A stretch of 57,082 nt of DNA from Actinomycetes bacterium (GTDB taxonomy: Bacteria; Actinomycetota; Actinomycetes; Streptosporangiales; Streptosporangiaceae): contig QGUZ02000001.1 in NCBI GenBank assembly GCA_003242605.2, positions 1-57,082 on the forward strand, given 5' to 3'. Shown one piece after another: positions 27,327-35,048 of this stretch. Position numbers and translations under genes: made by a program. Positions within the stretch are counted from its first letter, which is position 1. Every line of letters starts with the position of its first letter. Below the pieces are notes generated by a model. It ran no database searches and was not told the DNA's origin. It saw only the letters and a program-made list of their open reading frames with translations.

Positions 27327-27737
27327 TTGTCAGGTGGATCCTGGAACCCCCCGGAACGCCCGCACTACGGCGGCGGCTACCGGCAGGAGCCGCAGGAGCC
27401 GAGACCGTCCCTGGTGCGGATGTACACCGTCACCGGCGGGCGGACCGCCCCGCGCATGCACCTCGCGCTCGAGGCGCTCGTCTCCTCGGCCACATCGATG
27501 CAGCTCGGCCTCAACTACTCCCGGGAGTACCGGGCGATCAGCCGGCTCTGCCTCCAGGTACGGTCGGTGGCGGAGATCTCCGCCCTGCTCAACATCCCGC
27601 TCGGCGTGACCCGCGTGCTGGTCGCGGACATGGCCAACGAGGGCCTGGTCCGCGTCTACCAGCCGCAGCTCGAGTCGAGCGGCGCCCCCGACCGGAACCT
27701 GCTGGAACGCGTCCTGACCGGCCTGCGCAGGCTGTGA
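27327..27737 (+). CDS. DUF742 (CvnC-type conservon) protein
   Basis: VRMYTVTGGRT, SVAEISALLNIPLGVTRVLVADM, LLERVLTGLRRL. Confidence 0.92.
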   Translation: MSGGSWNPPERPHYGGGYRQEPQEPRPSLVRMYTVTGGRTAPRMHLALEALVSSATSMQLGLNYSREYRAISRLCLQVRSVAEISALLNIPLGVTRVLVADMANEGLVRVYQPQLESSGAPDRNLLERVLTGLRRL

Positions 27738-27936
27738 GGCCGCGCCGCCGCCGGGCGACGCCCCGCGCCTCCCGCCGCACCGCACCCGGCGGGACCGGCG
27801 CCCGGCACACCCGGCGCCGCCCGGGGACGCCCGCGTGGCGGCCGCTCCCGGCACCGCCGAGGCCGCAGGTCATGGCGGCCGTCACGAGGACGGCGTGGCG
27901 AGGACGGCGTCATGAGACGGCGTCACGGGGACGGTG

Positions 27937-29421
27937 TCATGGGGACGCTGCGCCGCCGCTCGCGCCGGGACCGGCGGGCGCGCCTCCCTCCGCGAACGCG
28001 GGCTCCTCGTGGAAGAGCCGCTCGGCGACCCGGGCCGCGGTGGCACGGGCGCGAGGGCCGGTGGTGGCGAGGCCCAGCGCGAGCACGAGCGCGCCGTACC
28101 CGGCGACCATCCACCACACCGCCTCGCTCGCCTGCGCGAACGCGGGCCCCCGCGGTACGGCGAGCGAGGAGGCGACGATCGAGCCGGCGATCGCCACCCC
28201 GAGCAGCTGGCCCACCTGGCGGCCGGTGGAGGACACCGCGGCCGCGACCCCGGCCTGCGCGCGCGGCATGCCGGACACCGCGGTGTTCGTGAGCGGCGCG
28301 TTCACCAGGCCGAACCCGGCGCCGAACACCACGTACACGACGAGCAGCGGGAAGGTCGGCGTGTCCGCGGTCACCCGGGTGAGCAGCAGCCCGGCGAGGG
28401 TGAGCAGCGCCCCGGCGATCACCAGCGGCGGGCGGGCGCCGCGCGCGGCGACGAGCCGGCCGGACACCGGGGAGAGCACGAGCGTGGCCAGGGCCATCGG
28501 CAGCGTGTGGACACCGGCCTCGAGCGGGGACAGGCCGCGCACGTTCTGCAGGTAGAGCGTGTTGATGAAGAGGAAGCCGCCGAGCGCCGCGAACGAGCAC
28601 ACCGCGATCGCCACCGCGCCGGAGAACGGCGCGCTGCGGAAGAACCGCGGGTCGATCAGCGGGTCCTCGCGGCGCGGCTCGTACCACAGCAGGGCGGCGA
28701 GGCAGAGCGCGGCGGCCGCGAAGCAGCCGAGCACCGGGGCCGCGCTCCAGCCGAGGTTGGGGCCCTCGATGATGCCGAAGCACAGCGCGGTGAGCGTCAC
28801 CATGACGAGCAGCTGGCCGAGCGGATCGAGGCGGCGGGGCCGCGGCGCCCGCGACTCGGGGACGAGCAGCGCGGTGAGGACGATCACCGTGACGCCGATC
28901 GGCACGTTGATCCAGAAGATGCCCGGCCAGCCGAAGCCCTCCACAATGAGCCCGCCCACCGGCGGGCCGGCCGCCAGGCTGATGCCGCCGATGCCGCCCC
29001 ACACGCCGATCGCGCGGGCGCGCTCCCGCGGGTCGGTGAACACGTTCGCGATGATCGACATCGCGACCGGGTTGAGCATCGAGCCGCCGGTCGCCTGCAG
29101 CATCCGGAACGCGATCAGCCAGCCCAGGCTCGGGGCGAGACTGCACAGCAGCGAGCCGAGCGAGAACAGCGCGAGGCCGGTCTGGAAGACGCGGCGCCGC
29201 CCGATGCGGTCGGCGGTGGAGCCGGAGAGCATGAGCAGGCCGCCGACCACGAGCACGTAGCCGTCGACCACCCACTGCATGCCGGAGATCGGGGCGTTCA
29301 GGTCGCGGGCGATCACCGGCAGGGCGATGTTGACGATGGTGGCGTCCAGGGACACGACGAAGAGGCTCGTGCAGCAGAGCAGTAGGACGGCCACCCGTCG
29401 GCGGCGGCTCAGCTCGGTCAC
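27937..29421 (-). CDS. DHA2-family (14-TM) MFS efflux transporter
   Basis: SLDATIVNIALP, QWVVDGY, ADRIGRRR, ERARAIGVWG, IFWINVPIG. Confidence 0.92.
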   Translation of the reverse strand: MTELSRRRRVAVLLLCCTSLFVVSLDATIVNIALPVIARDLNAPISGMQWVVDGYVLVVGGLLMLSGSTADRIGRRRVFQTGLALFSLGSLLCSLAPSLGWLIAFRMLQATGGSMLNPVAMSIIANVFTDPRERARAIGVWGGIGGISLAAGPPVGGLIVEGFGWPGIFWINVPIGVTVIVLTALLVPESRAPRPRRLDPLGQLLVMVTLTALCFGIIEGPNLGWSAAPVLGCFAAAALCLAALLWYEPRREDPLIDPRFFRSAPFSGAVAIAVCSFAALGGFLFINTLYLQNVRGLSPLEAGVHTLPMALATLVLSPVSGRLVAARGARPPLVIAGALLTLAGLLLTRVTADTPTFPLLVVYVVFGAGFGLVNAPLTNTAVSGMPRAQAGVAAAVSSTGRQVGQLLGVAIAGSIVASSLAVPRGPAFAQASEAVWWMVAGYGALVLALGLATTGPRARATAARVAERLFHEEPAFAEGGAPAGPGASGGAASP

Positions 29422-29836
29422 GGTGACACCATTCGTTGACCCCGGTGCGAGTTGACGCATGCGAGCCTATTCGGCCGGTCCGGACGCTCCGGCATCGCCC
29501 CGCGGCGCCCGCCGGGCACCCCGCCCGGCCGGATCGGCGGCGCCGTGCCGCCGGTGACGGGACCGTCGCGGCGACGGCGGCCGGATCGCCCGCGTCCCTT
29601 TTCCTTCCCGCCTTTCCTCCCCGCCCTGGCGGCGGTCACGCCGGACGCCGGCATCGGCGCCCGCGGAGCCGGCCCGGCCGTACCCCGTCGCGATGGCCAT
29701 GGATCGGAGTTTGGCGTCTTGTGCACGAAGAGCGACATATTGAACACAGATAGTGATCTCTTGCCCGATTTCGTGGGGTTTCGCGGCTAGGATCGCAGTA
29801 GTTGATCTTTTGGCGATCCGGTCACGGGGGGCACGC

Positions 29837-30487
29837 GTGCTGCAGGGCATCGACGTCTCGAACTGGCAGCGCCGCGTCGACTGGCGGGCGCATGCCGAGC
29901 GCGGCGTCGCCTTCGCGTTCGCCAAGGCCACCGAGGGCGACTCGTTCGTCGACCCGTGGTTCGCGCGGAACTGGGAGGGCATGCGGGAGAACTGGATCGT
30001 CCGCGGCGCGTACCACTTCGCCCGGCCGGGCGGCAAGAACCCCGAGGAGCAGGCGCTGCACTTCCTGCGCACGGTACGGCGGGCCTCCGCCGCCTCCGGC
30101 CGCCCCGGGCTGCGGCACGGCGACCTGCTCGCCCTCGACCTGGAGACGAACGACCGGCGCAAGCCGCACGAGGTGGCCCGGTTCGCCCGCCGCTGGTGCG
30201 CCGCGGTGATCGAGCGCACCGGCGTGCGCCCGTTCGTCTACACCCACTACACCTTCGCCAAGCAGGGCCACTGCGACGGGCTCGAGGTGCTGCCGCTCTG
30301 GATCGCCGCGCCCAGCCATCCCAAGGGCGAGCCGATCGTGCCCGAGCCGTGGGAGACGTGGACCATCCACCAGTACGCCAACAGCCCCATCGACCGGAAC
30401 GTCTTCCCCGGCACCCGTGCCGAGCTCATCCGGTACGGCAAGCAGCGCCGCAAGCGCCGGCGCCGCGACCGCCGCGCCGACCGGTGA
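29837..30487 (+). CDS. Glycoside hydrolase family 25 muramidase (lysozyme)
   Basis: [22 protein letters not shown] catalytic motif, LWIA, WTIHQY. Confidence 0.9.
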   Translation: MLQGIDVSNWQRRVDWRAHAERGVAFAFAKATEGDSFVDPWFARNWEGMRENWIVRGAYHFARPGGKNPEEQALHFLRTVRRASAASGRPGLRHGDLLALDLETNDRRKPHEVARFARRWCAAVIERTGVRPFVYTHYTFAKQGHCDGLEVLPLWIAAPSHPKGEPIVPEPWETWTIHQYANSPIDRNVFPGTRAELIRYGKQRRKRRRRDRRADR

Positions 30488-30543
30488 CCGGCCCGCGCCG
30501 CCCCGGTGTCGATGTATCGGACACGTGCGCGCTCCGGCGGGCG

Positions 30544-30549
30544 TATGAT
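30544..30549 (+). promoter_or_regulatory. Putative -10 box (TATGAT) of a leaderless thrS leader transcript
   Basis: TANNNT hexamer 7 nt before the leader ATG at 30557; no convincing SD. Confidence 0.55.
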
Positions 30550-30556
30550 GGGGGCC

Positions 30557-30625
30557 ATGGCGACCGCTGTCGGATTCCTGACGACCACGCCGGGCGGGTC
30601 CCGGCGGCGCGGTCGCGTGCACTGA
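30557..30625 (+). CDS. Putative thrS attenuator leader peptide [22 protein letters not shown]
   Basis: 22-aa ORF with tandem Thr codons ACG-ACC-ACG, upstream of a terminator and thrS. Confidence 0.7.
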   Translation: MATAVGFLTTTPGGSRRRGRVH

Positions 30626-30643
30626 GGAAGTGGCGTAGCCAAC

Positions 30644-30675
30644 GGCCCCGGGAGCGGTCCCGGGGTTTTGTTCTT
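30644..30675 (+). terminator. Intrinsic terminator (attenuator) in the thrS leader
   Basis: CCCCGGGA-GCGG-TCCCGGGG followed by TTTTGTTCTT. Confidence 0.85.
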
Positions 30676-30801
30676 CCTCGGCCCGCTCCCTCGACGGTGG
30701 AAGGAGAGGAGCGCATGGCGCCGCCGGTACCCGGTGACGACCGTGACTCGGTAGCATCTGACCCCAGCGAATCCGCCTCATCGACCAGTCAAGGAGTCCG
30801 T

Positions 30802-32766
30802 GTGTCCACCGTGTCCGAGATCCGCATCACCCTCGACGGAACCGAGCGTGCGGTGGCGGCGGGCACCACGGCCGGTGAGGCGCTCTCCGCCGATGGCCGC
30901 ACCGTGATCGCGGCCCGGGTGAACGGCCAGGCCCGCGATCTCGACCACGTGCTCGCCGACGGGGACGTCGTCGAGCCGATCGCCATCGACTCGGAGGAGG
31001 GCCGCGCGATCCTGCGGCACTCCACCGCGCACGTCCTCGCCCAGGCCGTGCAGGACCTGTTCCCCGAGGCGAAGCTGGGCATCGGCCCGCCGGTGGAGAA
31101 CGGCTTCTACTACGACTTCGACGTCGCCGAGCCGTTCACCCCGGACGATCTCAAGCGCATCGAGAAGCGCATGCGCGAGATCGTCAAGCAGGGCCAGCGG
31201 TTCCGCCGCCGCCCGGTCAGCGACGAGGAGGCGCGGCGGGAGCTCGCGGCCGAGCCGTACAAGCTGGAGCTGATCTCGCTCAAGGGCGGTGCCTCCGAGG
31301 AGGAGAGCGTCGAGGTCGGCGGGGCCGAGCTGACCATCTACGACAACGTCGACCCCGCCTCCGGTGAGGTCCGGTGGAAGGACCTGTGCCGGGGGCCGCA
31401 CGTGCCCTCCACCCGGGTGATCCCCGCCTTCAAGCTGATGCGCAGCGGCGGCGCCTACTGGCGCGGCAGCGAGAAGAACCCGCAGCTGCAGCGCATCTAC
31501 GGCACCGCGTGGGAGTCGAAGGAGCGGCAGGACGAGTACCTGCACATGCTCGAGGAGGCCGAGAAGCGCGACCACCGCAAGCTCGGCGCCGAGCTCGACC
31601 TGTTCTCCTTCCCGCCGGAGATCGGCGGCGGCCTCGCGGTCTGGCACCCCAAGGGCGGCATCACCCGCCGGGTGCTGGAGGAGTACTCGCGGCGGCGGCA
31701 CGAGCAGGCCGGGTACCAGTTCGTCGTCACCCCGCACATCTCCAAGTCGACCCTGTTCGAGATCTCCGGGCACCTGGGGTGGTACGCCGAGGGCATGTAC
31801 CCCCCGATGGAGATGGAGGGGGCGACCTACTACCCCAAGCCGATGAACTGCCCCTTCCACATCATGATCTACAAGTCGAGGGGGCGGTCCTACCGCGAGC
31901 TGCCGCTGCGCATGTTCGAGCTCGGCACCGTGTACCGGTTCGAGAAGTCGGGCGTGCTGCACGGCCTCACCCGGGCGCGGGGCTTCACCCAGGACGACTC
32001 GCACATCTTCTGCACCCCCGAGCAGCTCGCCGACGAGCTCGCCTCGCTGCTGCAGTTCGTGCTCGACCTGCTGCGCGACTACGGGCTCACCGAGTTCGAG
32101 GCCGAGCTGTCCACCCGCCCGGAGAAGTTCGTCGGCGACCCGGAGGAGTGGGAGATCGCCACCGAGGCGCTGCGGCACGCGCTGGAGAAGTCCGGCCTGC
32201 CGTACAAGGTCGCCGAGGGTGAGGGCGCCTTCTACGCCCCGAAGATCGACGTCCACATCAAGGACGCGATCGGCCGCCGCTGGCAGCTGTCCACCCTCCA
32301 GGTCGACCTGCAGATGCCGCAGCGGTTCGACCTGGAGTACCAGGCGGCCGACGGCACCCGGCGCCGGCCGTACATGATCCACCGGGCGCTGTTCGGGTCG
32401 GTCGAGCGGTTCTTCGCCATCCTGCTCGAGCACTACGCGGGCGCGCTGCCGCCGTGGCTCGCCCCGGTCCAGGTGGTCGGCATCCCGATCGCGGACGAGC
32501 ACGTGCCGCACCTGGAGCGGGTGGTGGCGAAGCTGCGCGAGAAGGGCATCCGGGCCGAGGTCGACGCGTCCGCGGACCGCATGCAGAAGAAGATCCGCAA
32601 CGCGCAGAAGCAGAAGGTCCCGTACATGCTGCTCGCGGGCGACGACGACGTGTCGAAGAACGCGGTGTCGTTCCGGTACCGCACCGGCGAGCAGAAGAAC
32701 GGCGTGCCGATCGACGAGGCGATCGCGGAGATCGTGAACGCCGTGGAGAACCGCATCCAGATCTGA
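30802..32766 (+). CDS. thrS: Threonine--tRNA ligase
   Basis: RHSTAH, DLCRGPH, RDHRKLG, KPMNCP, GEGAFY.PKID, IHRA; AAGGAG SD before the GTG at 30802. Confidence 0.98.
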   Translation: MSTVSEIRITLDGTERAVAAGTTAGEALSADGRTVIAARVNGQARDLDHVLADGDVVEPIAIDSEEGRAILRHSTAHVLAQAVQDLFPEAKLGIGPPVENGFYYDFDVAEPFTPDDLKRIEKRMREIVKQGQRFRRRPVSDEEARRELAAEPYKLELISLKGGASEEESVEVGGAELTIYDNVDPASGEVRWKDLCRGPHVPSTRVIPAFKLMRSGGAYWRGSEKNPQLQRIYGTAWESKERQDEYLHMLEEAEKRDHRKLGAELDLFSFPPEIGGGLAVWHPKGGITRRVLEEYSRRRHEQAGYQFVVTPHISKSTLFEISGHLGWYAEGMYPPMEMEGATYYPKPMNCPFHIMIYKSRGRSYRELPLRMFELGTVYRFEKSGVLHGLTRARGFTQDDSHIFCTPEQLADELASLLQFVLDLLRDYGLTEFEAELSTRPEKFVGDPEEWEIATEALRHALEKSGLPYKVAEGEGAFYAPKIDVHIKDAIGRRWQLSTLQVDLQMPQRFDLEYQAADGTRRRPYMIHRALFGSVERFFAILLEHYAGALPPWLAPVQVVGIPIADEHVPHLERVVAKLREKGIRAEVDASADRMQKKIRNAQKQKVPYMLLAGDDDVSKNAVSFRYRTGEQKNGVPIDEAIAEIVNAVENRIQI

Positions 32767-33000
32767 GCCTGACCGCCGCCGCGGGGCGCCCCGGAGGACC
32801 GGGCCGTGCCCCGCGGCGCCGTTTTTCTCCGCGCCTTCCGGCCGTGTCCGGCCGCGTCGTGCCCGACGATCGGACGGCGGGCTTCCCGTGCCTTCGGGGG
32901 TCGCGCCGTGCGGCCCGCCCTGGCGGCCAAGGGTGCCGTGGCCCGCGTGTCCGCGGGCACCGGTACGGCGGGACCATCTGGCGGCGGCCCCGCCGTCACG

Positions 33001-34251
33001 TCAGGCGAGCGCGGCCGCGGGGTCGTCGGCGTCCTGCGCGTCCGGGGACGGGCCGGGCATGCGCACGTCCTCGACGGTGACGTTCACCTCGACCACGCGC
33101 AGGCCGACCATGCGGCTCACCGCGCGGGCCACGTTGATCTTGACCTCGTTCGCGACGTCGAGGATCACGCGGCCGTACTCGACCACGATGGTGACGTCGA
33201 TCGCGACCTGACGATCCTCCACCCGGGCGCGCACGCCCGGGGAGGGGCGCGCGTCCTCGGCCTCCGCCGGTGCGTCGTCCGGCTCCCGGCCGGGCTCCGG
33301 CTCACCGCCGAGGCCGGCCACGCCGGGCACCTCCCGGGTGGCGAGGGCGGCGATCTTCTCCACCACCTCGTCCGCGACCCGGATCCGGCCCTTCACCACG
33401 GCGGCGGCCACCGTCTCCATCGTGGTCGTCCGGCGCGGCCGCGGCCGCGGCGCCGGGCGCACGACGGGCTCCGCGCCGGAGCCGGTCTCGGTGGCGGTAC
33501 CGGCGGCGGGCTCCGCCTTCGCCTCCGCGTCGCCGGACCCGCCGTCCGCCGGGGCGGGGCGCTCGGCCGGGGACTCGGGCGCGTCCGGGGCGCCGGTCGC
33601 GGGCGCGGGCCACAGGGCACCCGCCGGCGCTGACGCGGTGGCCGAGGCGGACGACGCCGGCGGCCGGTCCGCGGCCGGGCCGGCGTCCGCCGCGGGCGTC
33701 GCGTCGTCCGAGCCGTCCGCGGACGGCTCGGACACCGCCGTGTCGGTCACCACCGCCTCCATCGTCATCGTGTCGGACACCGGGTCGGACACGGTGTTGG
33801 ACACGGTGTCCGACGCTGTGTCGGACGTCGTGCCGGAGGTCGTGCTGGACACCGCGCCGGACTCCGCCGGAGCGGACCCCGCCGTCTTGCCGGATTCGGC
33901 CGGCGCGTCCTCGGCGGAGCCGTACGACGACCCCGCAAGGCCCGTGCCGGCCAAGCCGGTGGACGCGTAGCCGCCCGTGGCCCGCGGCGAGGAGGACCCG
34001 GCGGACGGCTCGGCCCGCGTGGACTCGGCCGAGGAGAACCGCTCGGACGAGAACGCCGAGGAGGAGAAGTCGGTCACGGCCGGCTCCGCGGAGAACACCG
34101 ACGTGGAGAGCGTGGGCGAAGAGAACGCCGATGAGGACCGCGAGGCCGACGAGGCCGGCGGGCGCGAGAGCGTGTGCTCGTCGCCCTCGGGGCCGCGGGC
34201 CGTGCCGGGCGTCGTCTCGGCCGAATCCTCGGCGGCGATGACTTCGGACAT
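33001..34251 (-). CDS. Asp23/Gls24-family protein with long Ser/Ala/Thr-rich N-terminal region
   Basis: GRIRVADEVVEKIAALATREVPGV...IDVTIVVEYG...GLRVVEVNVTVEDV; AAGGAG SD. Confidence 0.85.
   Translation of the reverse strand: MSEVIAAEDSAETTPGTARGPEGDEHTLSRPPASSASRSSSAFSSPTLSTSVFSAEPAVTDFSSSAFSSERFSSAESTRAEPSAGSSSPRATGGYASTGLAGTGLAGSSYGSAEDAPAESGKTAGSAPAESGAVSSTTSGTTSDTASDTVSNTVSDPVSDTMTMEAVVTDTAVSEPSADGSDDATPAADAGPAADRPPASSASATASAPAGALWPAPATGAPDAPESPAERPAPADGGSGDAEAKAEPAAGTATETGSGAEPVVRPAPRPRPRRTTTMETVAAAVVKGRIRVADEVVEKIAALATREVPGVAGLGGEPEPGREPDDAPAEAEDARPSPGVRARVEDRQVAIDVTIVVEYGRVILDVANEVKINVARAVSRMVGLRVVEVNVTVEDVRMPGPSPDAQDADDPAAALA
33770..33853. repeat. Degenerate 12-bp repeat, about 7 copies (GTGTCGGACACC-like), in the Asp23 gene
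   Basis: Encodes VSST-TSGT-TSDT-ASDT-VSNT-VSDP-VSDT. Confidence 0.75.
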
Positions 34252-34433
34252 CGAATCGCTCCTTCGGGTGCCTCTGCGCAGCGATTCGGAATTCTGCCGG
34301 AATCTTCCGCCCCTGTCGCCTCAGACGTCACACCCGGCGGCGGGCGCGCGGCGGGGCGGCGGCCGGAAGCGGACATCCGCACGGCGGAGACACCCTGTCC
34401 GGAACGGGGGGCGGGGGTCCTATGCTGCAAGAC

Positions 34434-34976
34434 ATGCAGGAGCCGATTGAGCAGGCCGGGGTGGGGGTGCCGGACAACTTCCAGCGCCTGTGGACGCCTC
34501 ACCGGATGGCCTACATCAGAGGGGAGAACAAGCCGACCGGCTCCGGACCGGGAGACGGCTGCCCGTTCTGCGAGATCCCGAAGATGAGCGACGAGGACGG
34601 CCTCATCCTCGCGCGCGGCAGCACCGTCTTCGCCGTCCTCAACCTGTACCCGTACAACTCGGGTCACCTGATGATCTGTCCGTACCGGCACATCGCCGAC
34701 TACGTGGAGCTGTCCGAGGCGGAGACGGCCGAGATCGCGGACTTCACCAAGCGTGCCATCCAGGCCCTCCGCAAGGCGAGCGGCGCCCAGGGCTTCAACG
34801 TCGGCCTCAACCTCGGGCAGGTCGCCGGTGCCGGGATCGCCGCCCACCTGCACCAGCACATCGTCCCGCGGTGGGGCGGCGACACGAACTTCATGCCGAT
34901 CGTCGGCCACACCCGCGTGCTTCCCCAGCTGCTCCGCGACACCCGCCGGCTCGTCGCCGAGGCCTGGCCGTCCTGA
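34434..34976 (+). CDS. HIT-family protein (Ap4A phosphorylase-like)
   Basis: RLWTPHRMAYI, CPFC, NLYPYNSGHLM, HLHQH triad; conserved position after thrS; TATGCT 7 nt upstream suggests a leaderless start. Confidence 0.92.
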   Translation: MQEPIEQAGVGVPDNFQRLWTPHRMAYIRGENKPTGSGPGDGCPFCEIPKMSDEDGLILARGSTVFAVLNLYPYNSGHLMICPYRHIADYVELSEAETAEIADFTKRAIQALRKASGAQGFNVGLNLGQVAGAGIAAHLHQHIVPRWGGDTNFMPIVGHTRVLPQLLRDTRRLVAEAWPS

Positions 34977-35048
34977 CCGCCGCCGGTCCGGCCGTACGGC
35001 GGGCACGCCACGGCGCTCCGGTGACGCCGGGGGTACGGCGGGGCGCGG

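Noticed and set aside
30490-30800. tRNA gene or T-box upstream of thrS
   Set aside because: No cloverleaf with GTTCRA, and no T-box TGG.ACC motif before the terminator; the leader-peptide model fits better.
29956-30801. Long N-terminal extension of ThrS
   Set aside because: Off-frame overlap with GH25 and the leader region; the SD and TGS domain indicate a start at 30802.
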